Shown here in pieces: positions 1 to 11,568 of a DNA stretch of 64,000 nucleotides. This DNA comes from Macrostomum lignano (lineage: Eukaryota), in the NCBI GenBank assembly GCA_002269645.1, contig NIVC01000473.1, forward strand, positions 1 to 64,000, in the 5' to 3' direction. Made by a program: the position numbers and the translations under genes. Each line of letters begins with the position of its first letter. Position 1 is the first letter of the stretch. The notes below the pieces were generated by a model, which was given only the letters and a program-made list of their open reading frames with translations, did no database searches and was not told the DNA's origin.

Positions 1-121
1 AGTCGGAATGGATTGTGGCTTCCTACGCGATTGAGAGGCTGATGGTGGCTCTGGGAGTTTTCGCCACAGCTGCAATCATCGAGTGTTTGTTTTGAAACCC
101 ATGATTCAAAATCAAGACTAA
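1..121 (+). CDS. 3' end (M4 helix) of nAChR-like Cys-loop receptor subunit (cluster gene 1), truncated by window edge
   Basis: Frame from base 3 reads SEWIVASYAIERLMVALGVFATAAII, matching the M4 of the paralogues (DWVVAAHAVERLMVAMGVAATAAII). An apparent 1-bp deletion near 81 shifts the tail; the restored frame gives GVFVLKPMIQNQD* with the stop at 119-121. Confidence 0.8.
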
Positions 122-1130
122 GCTGTTTACGAGCGTAAGAGGAATCTACGAGCTATCAACGCGCAGTGAATTTAAGACTGTTTGTTTAAATAATCTTGCT
201 CGAAATTTAACCCACTGATAACTCAGAGTGAGCCTTATTTTTGAAAATTATTGTTTTAATTTTTTCACACATTTGAGGAGGTGAAAATCAGTCGATAATT
301 GGAGTTTACTGGTCTTCAACTTGTACCTCGCTGTGATCTTTGTTCGTATTCACGCCCAAGAAATGTTTATAATCTCAGCTGCACACAATTATGCTCTATC
401 TAAATAAACTCTATTGGACATTATCCTTTCGCTTAAATATAAATTTTTTCTCAACGCTATCTTCATAAAATTTTCTGTCCTAGCTAAATCTTTGAAATAA
501 TACATTCGATATTTTACGAATATATCAGATTTATGTGACGCTTCTAATTGTGACCTTGTGACGCTGCCATCTAAGAACTCTGACAGCGCATTTTGTTTTT
601 GTTTTAACTTCTTAGGGGGACAGTGGGGGTACACATAATTCGTCAATTATTTTACCTTAGTTGTCCAGGACAAAGACATTCGAGTCCTTGCTCGCTAGAT
701 TACAAAATATTGTAAATGGGAAGTATTATACTAGCTCCACTCCTATTGCTTTATGTAAAGGATATACGAGGGTAATGGTGTGTGTTGTGTTAATGTGTGT
801 TAAATCTTGAAGAAATATCTAATTTAGATGAAGAAAAAAAACTGAGTCTGTATTTTACCCTACAGAACCAAAAAACCCTGGGAACAGCACCACTTCAGTC
901 CAATTACAAGCTTATAACTATAGACATAGAACTAAAGCTCCATATAAAACATAGATATAACGATTTACATTACTTCCATTCCGGGATTTCCGGGATTCAA
1001 TACGCTCGTATTATCCTGGAAAATCGTTATGTCTATGCTCTCTTTAGAGGATTAAACATGCATTTTGAGGGAGCTGCAATATTGTAAAAAGCCTGACGGC
1101 CAAATGATAAATCAAATTTAGTATAGAAGT

Positions 1131-3062
1131 TTCCAAGCCAATTGAGCCTAGGAGCAAGCAGTTTAATCCTTATTGGGAGAATCAAGCTATTGAACACTTG
1201 CTTTTCATTGTCTATGGCCCAAAAAATGGGGACTATGGAGCAACCAATTTGAGAATTAATCCTTTTCACAGTGCTCGTATATCCTTCACGAATAACTTTA
1301 CTGAAATAACGTCTGCAAATAGATGGCATATCAAGAAACGATTGACATTAACACTTTGATTTCAGAGAAACCAATCAAACAGGCAAAGGAAAAACCATGG
1401 CATACAGTATAAGCCGAGAACAATCGTGTCTCTCAAAACAGTGTTGGACAGATTGAAACCAAACCCGATCAATGTTCAGAGAATTTCTTCCTCGTTTAAG
1501 CAGTGCGGATGAAGCGAAGCATCTGCCGAAACCAGCCACCGCATTTGGCCTCTGTGATCTCAGCCGTTGTCTCCTCCGCAATCCGATGAAGAACGAGTAC
1601 GCACCACTCGAGCAGTGTTGTCTCTGGCGGTGGATTGTCCAATTCGATTTGCACCTGTGGCTGTGCAAGCTGCCGCTTGATGGCCGCCTTCAAACAGGAA
1701 TGCGCACACTCGGTCGGGTTCAGAATGGAGAATATGGAGGCAGTACTACAACCTGCCAGTTCAGCTCAAACTGCTGGGGGATCCTCAGCCGGCTATGGAA
1801 GCGAGCGCCATCAATGGTTACTAAGAAGTTCTCGGTTGTCTACATCATCTCGATTGTTGACAGCATGGAGCAGCTCTTTCGACAAATGCTTGAAACACGT
1901 TTGAAGTCAGTGTGTGACCGACAATCTTGTGGTGTACCAAGCCGAAATTTGGTGCCAGCTGCTGCTGCAGGAAATTGACCTGAACCCCACGTTGCGTGTG
2001 CAAAACACGTCGGACTCGCTGGCCACGTCTGCTGCGTCCTTGGGACCGGCGAGTTCAAATGTTGAAACCGGTCTCATCAACATAGATGAGGTGATGTTCA
2101 AGTGGAACACCAGTGAACCAGTGAGAAAATTCTCGTCGGCGTGCCCGATATTCAGGACTATTCCTGACCACTGGCACATCGGCGTCTCGACCAAGGCACT
2201 TCAATGTAATCAGCTGTTTGTCCAAGGTCTGGCTTACAGCTGTAGTACTCACTTCGAAGCCTGGATAGGTGTCAGTCAACTTGCGTCGCAACTCTTTCAA
2301 CGTCATTAGAGGATGGATATCCAGTGATGAAAGAAGTAGTTGGATGTGTTTCTCTTCCAGTTTCGATGCTCGATCTCCACCCCGTCGTGCGCGGTCCCGG
2401 CGTCCCGTGATTTCATAGCGACGCCTGATAGAATAAACTGTTTTTCTCTTTACGTCCAGCTATCGCGAAATGTGCTCAGCACTATCACCTCTATCGATGG
2501 CAGCGATAATCAGGTCGTACTTTTCGTTGCTTATCTTGCGATAGGGTTCTCGCCCTGCAGGATTCTGCTCATCTACTCCATCTTGGGCTGTAGCAAAACT
2601 TTCGTCACTGCTCTGCTCGCTAAATTCTTCGTCTGCCATGTCTATGTTTGTCTAATGAAATCTGTTATTTTCTATGGTCTAAGGCTTGCGCAACTGTGGA
2701 AAGGATTAATAGCGCGCCCAAATTCTCAAATTGGTTGTTCCATGGACCCCCTTTCGGGCCATAGACAATGGATAAATAATCAGCGGTCCCAGTGCGTGAC
2801 AACGATTGTCTGGCGAGCGCCGGTAGGCGCGAGCCATAGACAAATCGTTGCCACGTGCTGCGACCGCTGATTCTTTGCATTGTTTTTCTATTTGACGATC
2901 CTAAAGAAAATGCATTGCTTGTAGTAATGGATTGTTCTGCATTAAAAATGTGAATAATGATCGTCAAATTGCTAGACAATGAAAAGCAATTGTCTTCAAT
3001 AGCTTGATCTTCCCACTAAGGATTAAATTTCTTGCTCCTAGCTCAATTGGCTTGAAAAAAAG
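1131..3062 (-). mobile_element. IS630/Tc1/mariner-superfamily DNA transposon, decayed, with long asymmetric terminal inverted repeats
   Basis: 1131-1272 is the reverse complement of 2692-2770 plus 2973-3062 (e.g. caagccaattgagc..ggagcaag..tttaatcctta..gggag..atcaagctattgaa). The repeats enclose a DDE transposase pseudogene. Exact termini and TA TSD not resolved. Confidence 0.8.
1496..2639 (-). pseudogene. IS630/Tc1-like DDE transposase pseudogene
   Basis: ATG at 2639 (MADEEFSEQ...). HTH-like N-terminus (LDVKRKTVYSIRRRY), then YVDETGFN (first D), TIDGARFH (second D) and LPPYSPF[L]NPTE (E). In-frame stops at 2460-2462 and 2055-2057, plus at least two frameshifts. Confidence 0.85.
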
Positions 3063-3308
3063 CAAGTCTATTTTTTTCAAGCCAATATTTATCAAATATC
3101 TCGCTAGAAATGTGATAACACTGGCGCTGCTTTATGCTTTCATATTGATGAAAGCTATCTGTCCAATCGAATTTCAGTAGCAAACGGATTTTCAGGCGAT
3201 CTTTGAGCCCAACCTGTAGTTGGTCGGGGTGAAACGGCATTAAAACTATTTTATCAGACGTACCAGTTGTCAATGCGATCAGCAATGCACTGGAAAATGA
3301 GACATAAA

Positions 3309-4581
3309 ATGCTATTCTCATTCATACTGCTGGTTTCGCTTTTAGCCTCGACACTAGCTACTGATTTCGATGTCCTGCTAATGCAGCACCTAAACAACAA
3401 AATTGCAAACTACAGCCAATGATTCTGCCAATATTAAACAAGACAAAGAAAGTCAACGTGTCGTTTCACATCATGGTCAGCCCATTTGTCTCAGTGGACA
3501 CTGCCAAGCAGAACATCAAAATCGCTGCCTACGTTTAAGCCAGCTGGGAGGAGGAGCGACTCGTGTGGAATCCTGCCGACTTTGGTGGCGTCGGTTCTAC
3601 TAGCTGGGACCCAGCGAAAATTTGGTACCCAATCATCATGACATACAACGGTAACGGCGATGAACAGATTCTGATTCCTCGGATTCCTACTTACACTGGC
3701 TTCTAAAAATTCAAGCGTGACGACGGTTGCTTCATCCTGGCGCCGGGAGTTCGAATTTTTTTGCCAATTCAACATGTCCGACTTTCCGTACGACCAGCAC
3801 ACTTGCGAGCTGCTGTTCTTCCTTGCAACTCAGGCCAATCCTGATGCAATGCGGCCTGTTCGCAGCGCAATGCCCATGCGGGTGACAGGAATTTACAAGC
3901 CTAGCAACGAGTGGATATTGAAAATTGCAACAGCAGATTTGGAAACCAAAAAATATTTTATAATCGAAGGACATAACGAGACCGAACCTTCGAACTTTGT
4001 TCTGCGATTGCACTTGTAGCGAGTGTCAACGTACTATTTCATCAACATCATCACGCCTTTGCTGCTGTTGACTTTGCTCCAGGTGTTGGTGTACTTTGTA
4101 CCCCTGGAGTCCGGTGAGAAGCTGGGATTCGGCATCACAATCATGCTCAGCTACACTGTGTTCTTGCTGCTCCTGGACGGAATCCTGCCGAAGTCGCAGA
4201 AGATGCCCGCCATTGCCCTGTTCATCACGGCCGCCATGGTGCTGTCCACCGTGTCGCTGCTGCTGACATCGCTGACCATGCTGTTCCACTACAGGCCGGA
4301 GGGCAGCCGCATGCCGGAATGCGCTCGGGCGGCCTTTGTTCGATGCCTGGGCCGCCTGCTCTGCGTCAGCGGCGCCACAGGTGGGCCAGCAGAGTCCGGC
4401 TGAAGCTGAGGGCGATGGCAACTGCGTGCGGAAACCGCCTACGGCGGAAGAGAAATCGGTCGATTCAGACTGGGTGGTGGCCACCCGCGCTATCGAGAGA
4501 TTCTTGTCGCTGTTAGGAGTGGTTGCTACCGCCATCATAATTGTAGTCTTTCTGATGGGGCCGTATCTTCAGTTCTCTTAA
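3309..4581 (+). pseudogene. nAChR-like Cys-loop receptor subunit pseudogene (cluster gene 2)
   Basis: ATG at 3309 with a signal-peptide-like start (MLFSFILLVSLLASTLA). Cys-loop CQFNMSDFPYDQHTC, M1-M3 with ESGEKLGFGITIML, and M4. In-frame stops at 3536-3538 (taa) and 4017-4019 (tag), frameshifts near 3418, 3695 and 4390. No introns. Confidence 0.9.
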
Positions 4582-4870
4582 TGAAACTTGAATAACTGAG
4601 ATTTGAATGCTTATGAAAGGCATTGGCATTCTATTGACTACCATATTCATTGATACTCTTTGCAATGGTTTTGTTTTATTTTCTGAATAATCTTCTGAAT
4701 TGAATTTTCGGAATTTTTTAGCTCTGAATTTAGGAAACAGGCATTGATCCCCGGGCCTTCTTGGGCAGTGACTAGATAGATCTGTAGTGAAACATGCGTG
4801 ATCAATTTTTTCATGCATAGGCTAATGCCAATCGCGGAAGGGCTTGAATAAACGAAAGTAACTAGTCACC

Positions 4871-4885
4871 GTTGCCATTGGATAC
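4871..4885. promoter_or_regulatory. X-box-like (RFX) motif GTTGCCATTGGATAC downstream of gene 2
   Basis: GTTGCC half-site, 3-nt spacer, GGATAC half-site, about 290 bp after the gene 2 stop. Confidence 0.35.
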
Positions 4886-5228
4886 GCACTAGTCAAGCGC
4901 GAAATGCAGGCAATGGAAATAGGCTAGGCGTTTTGCTAATGCAATTAACGTTTGGGCAAATATTTGAATAGCTAGCAATGCGGCCCGTTCGTCCAGTTGC
5001 CATTGCTGGGCGCTAAATCTGCTTCAGTTGCAGAGTAAACAGTCTGTATTTCAGCGAGAGCAGAAACCGTGTATAATTAATTAAGTTCTTCCTAGCTAGT
5101 TAATTGATGGTAGCTAGGAGAGGAAAGATTAAGTGCTCTCCCTATAACAAGATTATTATTAATAATAATTACAAAGGGTTGTGGCTTCATCCACTATACT
5201 GCTCTTCTGCAATTCTGAGGCAATTCTG

Positions 5229-5575
5229 GCCATTCCGCCGAGTCCTGAGCACACACAAGCGCGCTAATACTGTAAGCAGGCACGCATTCGTGCACACGCT
5301 CACACAGGGCCTTTTTGACTTTCTAATCGTCAGGGGATGTACACCCTCTGCGCCTTGGGGTTTGGCCCGCATGTGGGCGAGAATCGCAGGACAACCCCCT
5401 GGGCCAACTTTCGTGCACAGGCCCGATATGCATGTGGCCGCGTACTGAACCGATCCCGGGGGTCGCGGGGCGAGTCAGACGGCTCTGCCTACATCGAATA
5501 CCGAAGTCCTCAGAACTTCCGAACTTGGCAACAGAAATCGGCCACAATTCAAAATCAAATCAGAATTCAAGCTTC
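5229..5575. repeat. Dispersed repeat (SINE-like or non-autonomous element), longest copy in window
   Basis: 5229-5352 aligns by eye to 52866-52980 (same orientation) and 33003-33085 (inverted). Ends in an aaatc-rich tail (caaaatcaaatcagaattc). Confidence 0.55.
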
Positions 5576-6139
5576 CATTTAAACACGTACTGTTAAAAAT
5601 TATCCCTTAAAAAGCTTTTTTGAGGCAGAGAGGCAGGAATTACAGATGCAAATTACATATGTAACATGTAAATATTAGACAGGTGAGTTATAATTACATC
5701 AAATTTTTCCTGATCAAACATGAATAGGTACAAAAAATCGAAAAAATACAAATCGAGCTACAAGTTGCGAAGTTTGAATGCAGGTACCAGGTAGGGAGGC
5801 TTGGGTCCATGTGATTTTGCAGCAGTGCATTTAGCTCCGTGGCAGATTTTGTCTGAATCGCATTGAGTCCTAGAGAGTCTTACTAAAGAGCTAGGGATTC
5901 TCCCAATAGAAAATTTCCGGTAGTAACCACATATTAAACTCATGCTTTTCTGGTATGAGAGGTCTTCATTTCTATGTACTCTAACGTGGGGGTACAGTTA
6001 CATCGGTCAGTCATCAATACATGTGTATACCATGTCGCTATGTCCCCTATAGCCTCTTTTCTAAGAATCGGTGGCAGTTCTTGCGCTCGTACATGCAGAT
6101 CTTACCACCTCATCAACACTGACGTTTCCTTATTGCCTA

Positions 6140-6557
6140 TGTTAATTCCACGTTCGGAGCACGAAGCAGCCTGACGCAAACACCAACGTGGGGGAGCGAG
6201 GCACGCAAGCCCCATAAAACCCTATAGACTTGGGACATAATATTTCGACGAAAAGAGTAAAATAAGCTATCAGCAACGATTAAGGAAAAAGCGATCGCCA
6301 TTATGAATAAGGATAAAAGACACCACAGAGGATAAAACTTGACTCTGCGCAAACAGACAAGACGAGCCGACACAACGCTAGAAGACCTTAAAACCATATC
6401 GGGGGAGGTGGGTGCGCGCATGGCAGAGGGACGAAGAGGGAGCGGGGCGACGGAAATAAAGAATACATGACGCAAAAAGTGTTCAGAGCAAGGGAGAGAG
6501 AACCATCGAGACCGGTGCCCGACCAGCTATTGACCACCGTAAACGTCACCCCCTAAA
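6140..6557 (-). mobile_element. Possible isolated 3' LTR with polypurine tract
   Basis: On the minus strand, a purine run (tttaggggg) directly precedes TG... and a ~409-bp segment ends in ...ttaaCA. No second copy or coding region seen. Confidence 0.3.
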
Positions 6558-7435
6558 GGGGCACGCTTACGGGTAATTAAGAGCAAACGTTTGATTACTT
6601 TCTACGTGTCTGTCAGTTGAATTACATGAAGTAGAATATATTTTTAAAATATAAACTAAAAAATACAGATGGAGCCAGACAGACTTAACGTCAGATACCC
6701 CAGAAAGATAATACAAGATTGAACAGAGTTGATGTAGCTAATAGCCACATGTTTGTACTGTAGATATGACGATATCCTGGAAATTTCGTCTAAAACCTAA
6801 GAATTGAGGCTGTGAACTGAGCATTAGGATTAAAATGTTAATTACATATCCTACTGACATGTCCCATTCCGAAAAGTTATAAAAATAGCACCGCTCAACT
6901 CATCCTGTTAAAATTTTTGTTACATAGTCAGAAGCTGAGAATGGTAAAAAAGATATTCATAAAACTAATAAGTCGAGCTAGGCCATTTTTATAATTCTTA
7001 GCACAGGAAATGTACGAAGAACATCAATTTAACATACATGTAGAATCCTAATTTTCTAAGCATATTAGGATCTTGTAACATGTATACGAAAGGCAAGATA
7101 TCAAAAGATGAACCAGGGACTACTTAAACTAGTTTAAGAAGTCCCTGAAGATGAACATTAGGTCTGCCTCCAGTCAAATGCAATAACAATGTTTGCGCTA
7201 TGCTATGCTATGCCACTCAGCTGCGGAACATACTACTATCAGTACAGCGTGTTTTTGGTACTCAAATTTATTCGTCATCGTATCGATTGGATCTTGACTA
7301 TAAAATATTTGAACCAACATTGGTGAGTACTAAGCAAAGCAAGCACAAAAATACTTTTTCGTTGATACATTATAGGAAAGATTCTCGTTTAACCAATAGA
7401 CCTCAGTCAAAACACTTTCTAGGACTGCAACAAGG

Positions 7436-8688
7436 ATGTTTTCTCAAGTAATCCTAATCGGTTCTCTCTTCACGTATTCAGCAGCAACCGATTTCGATGT
7501 CCTGCTGATGCAACATCTTAAGCAAACCATAAAAAACTACAGTCCTTTCATACTGCCGCGAATTAATAAGACCAAAACTATTAAAGTAGCTACGGACATC
7601 ATGGTCAGCCATCTGGTCTCAGTGGACACCGCCAAGCAGAACTTGAGGATATCTGCCTACTTTCAAGCCAGCTGGGAGGAGGAGCGACTCGTGTGGAATC
7701 CTGCCGACTTTGGTGCACCCAGCTCACTCGCTGGGACCCAGCGCATATCTGGTATCCGACAATCATGATATACAATGGCAACGGCGAGGACCAAGTTCTC
7801 GTGCCTCAGATCCCTGTTGCATTGTTATCGTTAAGGCCAACGCTGACCATAGTCACAGCATACTGGCGCCGGGAGTTCGAGTTTTATTGCGAGTTTAGCA
7901 TGGTTGACTTTCCATACGATCATCATGTTTGCGAGCTGTTATTTATTTACCATAATCAAGGCTATCTCGATTCAATCATTCCTGTTCCGAGCACGGCCCC
8001 TCTGCGTGTGCAGGGAATCTACAATCCGAGCAACGAATGGATTCTGACCAATGCCACCACACACTTTGAAAAGAAACTTTACCACGTATTGGATGCACAC
8101 GAGACTGCATTCCCAGCGTTCGTACTGAGATTGCAATTAAAGCGAGTGTCAACGTACTATTTCATCAACATCATCACGCCTTTGCTGCTGTTGACTTTGC
8201 TTCAGGTGTTGGTGTACTTTGTACCCCTGGAGTCCGGTGAGAAGCTGGGATTCGGCATCACAATCATGCTCAGCTACACCGTGTTCTTGCTGCTTCTGGA
8301 CGGAATCCTGCCGAAGTCGCACAAGATGCCCGCCATCGCCCTGTTCATCACGGCCGCCATGGTGCTGTCCACCGTGTCGCTGCTGCTGACATCGCTGGTC
8401 ATGCTGTTCCACTTCAGGCCGGAGGGCAGCCGCATGCCGGGATGCGCTCGGGCGGTCTTTGTTCGATGCCTGGGCCGACTGCTCCGCGTCAGTACTGCAA
8501 CGTCGCCACGGGTCGGCCAGAAACCGTTGGAGGGTTTCGGCATAGCCGATAGAAGTGCCTTGGAGGTTGCCGGAGAAGCCAGGGAATTCGATTCAGACTG
8601 GGTGGTAGCGGCACGCGCAATCGAAAGGCTCATCTTGCTGTTCGGAGTGGTTGCTACTGCTGCCATCATCGGCTTGTTTTTACTATAG
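7436..8688 (+). CDS. nAChR-like Cys-loop receptor subunit (cluster gene 3), intronless, one 1-bp frameshift
   Basis: ORFs 7436-7768 and 7693-8688 join by a single 1-nt shift near 7712-7726. Signal peptide, Cys-loop CEFSMVDFPYDHHVC and M1-M4 present. Could be a sequencing error or a young pseudogene. Confidence 0.85.
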
Positions 8689-10619
8689 AATAATGGACAT
8701 AAAATAAAGCATTAGATCAAGGAACTGCCGTACGGTAAAAAGGTACAAAATCTTTTCACAATTCGTGCTATCGCAATTTCGTCTCCTTTCGTGGTATCGC
8801 GAATGAGCTTTAAAAGCTCTTCCTTATTAAGTCAAAGTTTGAAGGGATCAGACTTGGACAGTGCCGCAAATTAGGCAGCCAGCGATCGAGGAGGCAAAGC
8901 AGTCATATGCCTATTCCACTGACCCATCTGCACTGACACTAATGAACACGTACGCAGGCACACTCTCACACATTGTGTAAAATGGCCTCTGGCTTTGTCA
9001 CCGTGAGACACACTCGCTGAAGCACACTTCGATTACACACTCTGTGCCCTCATGTACTTTGAGTAAAAAGTCTCGTAAAATAGAAATGTTATTTTATAGT
9101 TTATAGTTTGGGACAACTATAAAACGTCTTAAAGACTAGTTGAGCACTGTCCTTTCTATAATCTATTATTTAAATGCACTAATATATAGTTGTTCTTGTC
9201 CTGAATAAAAAATTAAATACTCAGCTGATTGAAGCATATAAGATACGCCCAGACCAGTAGAAAATATTTCTATTGAATTAAAGGTTCCCCTCAATCATGA
9301 TATTCTTTTGGCCCTGCACATGTATTGGGACCAGTCGGTATTTACATACCGTCTATCTAAAAAGTGCTGAAAAGATTTACGATATATTTGAAGCGATTAA
9401 TTATTTTCACAATTCAAGTTTTCATTGCAAATATAGCATTGAGCCTATCTACACAGTGGCAGATTTCTCTAGGTTATAAATGCTGTATATATCGATATGC
9501 ATATTGGCAGGTACATGTAAATATGCTTTAGGCAAACAATGGAGACTGCTTTCGATAGAGTGTTGGATCCCTATAATCGATTCAATGGCTCCGGCTGCAA
9601 TCGATTTGTTTGTTAAAGCTCAGTTGCGTAGCGGTTGAAGTGCTCTCGCTTCTGGACTCTCCAGCTCGGTAGGCAATTAGCTAGCTCAACAGAGTCGATA
9701 TCTGGAATTTATGGACGGTATTACAAACCCTCAGTTGACAAAGGCAGCTGCACTCGTTACAGAAGAAAGAAGTCCACTACAGCCGTAAGAGCTTAAACTA
9801 TGTAGACTGTGTAGGACTTTTCAGTGAGGTGCTTACAAATCCCTTGAGACAGCAAAGCATTTCTGTACTCTTGTGAAAACTCTGCACTAGCTCTCATATT
9901 CGCATACAGATATAGTCCTAAATATTTCAAGTTATGTATTAATTTAAAAAAGTATAAACCGCAGAATTTTTTACTTGCTATAATTATTTTAAATGAAGTT
10001 TCCTATCGTTATTTCTATTTAGTAAGTCACAAGGTTGGCAAAGTTAATTTTGGTAGAACTTTCAGAGTGGTCGGTTCGTAAATTTAACGGTGGATTTTAT
10101 GAATGAAAGGCTGGGCCAAAATATTCAAAGGAAGTTGGTCATTCCTTGCGCCAAACGCGTCTTGCACGTTATTCACAATCTACGGATAAGATGGATCAGC
10201 ATCGCTGTCACAACGGAACTCGATTTTGGACACACCCCTAATTGTCTGCGAGAAGTAGAGCAAAGCATATGGTCTGTGACGTCGGATGTTTCAATGGTGT
10301 CAGTGTATGGAATGCTGTACATCTTGCGTTGTCTGTGTCTTTGAGAGATCAGTAGGCAACATAAAAACTATGCTAAAACACTATAGGACCTGCTGCACGC
10401 AGCCTTAAGGATCTGCGATATGCGAGTTATCAACGCGGCCTTCTATTGCAGCTCCGGCCTGGTTCTTCAAAGCGACTTGTTGCGTCTGTTGCAACTGCAG
10501 CTGGCAGGCAAATTCACACTCCCCGAGTTGTGTAGCTTGGAGTAGTTGGAGAGAACATGCGGTGAGTGGGTGCAGCATTTGCAGCGGGATGACCCACAGG
10601 GATGGAACCCTTTGGGAAG

Positions 10620-10800
10620 CAGACCCAGAGAGAATGAGAGAGAGAGAGAGAGAGAGAGAGCTAGAGAGAGATCATTGCGATTTGTTTAAAATGAAAATTC
10701 TCGCCAACTAGCTTATTCGATTAAGGTAGTCGGAATTTGTTTATCACATAATTTTATACTCGCAAAGAATACACAGAGAGAGAGAGAGAGACAGAGATCA
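10620..10800. repeat. (GA)n microsatellites inside a short imperfect direct duplication
   Basis: Two (ga)n runs, each followed by gatcatt(g/a)cgatt(t/c)gtttaaaat. Confidence 0.6.
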
Positions 10801-11568
10801 TTACGATTCGTTTAAAATTGAACTTCTTGCTAATTTCGTCGAAATGGTTGTCGCCGAGATGGTCTGTTGCCAAATTGGACTGTTACTCGGGCGAGGACAG
10901 ACGCGAACTCGGCGCTCTGTAGACTGCCTGCTGGCCGACACCCGCGCCGCAGATTTAGCTTTGAGGCACGGCCTGCGTGCCGGGCTGCTCTTGATTTATA
11001 AGACCCAACGGACAGGTTAGTTTGATTTTGTCACCTGCTGTATAGACTAAAATTCAACTTCAAAACGACATGGCTTTGAAAGGGAGCGAAGAATGCTTGT
11101 AGGATTTATCCAATTTATTAATTAAACAGATAGTAGCTATACACATAATATTCACGTAAATTTCATTAGCATCCTTTTGCAACATGCTAGCATACATGGA
11201 ATACATATCCGAGAATGCTATATAAAGGTGCGCCGCGCGTATCCGTGCTAAAGATAGTTCGCTACTGCAGGCCGCACCCAGACCAGAAAATGCAGCGATG
11301 AAAAGTTTCTATGCAAATAACGACGTCAAACGAGGTCAGGGATCTGCTAATTGGAATATCAGACCAATATAAGCAGCTAACTTTACGATATTTGATCTAT
11401 TGAATTACCTAAATGAAATTCAAATAAGAATCAATCTAGAATTTACACTAGCACGCCAGGGTGATGAGTTGCGAGATCTCTGGTGCTGTATATATATGGC
11501 TGCAGTGGAAAACCGAGCAACTTACAATTAACCGATCAATTCAAAGCAAAGCCCTGTCTCGTGGCAAA

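Noticed and set aside
5300-5345. Hammerhead-ribozyme-like CTGACGA...GAAA on the minus strand of the dispersed repeat
   Set aside because: Only 3 nt between the core motifs (no stem II), and GAAA is absent in the 33 kb copy.
8998-9011. Weak X-box-like gtcaccgtgagac downstream of gene 3, and gtttctatgcaaat upstream of gene 4
   Set aside because: Two or more mismatches to consensus; expected by chance.
10820-10880. Possible right end of a MITE (…tcgccgagatggtctgttgcc)
   Set aside because: No left end or TSD found in the window.
11461-11568. 36-aa N-terminal extension of gene 4 in the ORF track (similar short extensions for genes 5 and 6)
   Set aside because: They start at non-ATG codons. The downstream ATGs give proper signal peptides matching the paralogues.
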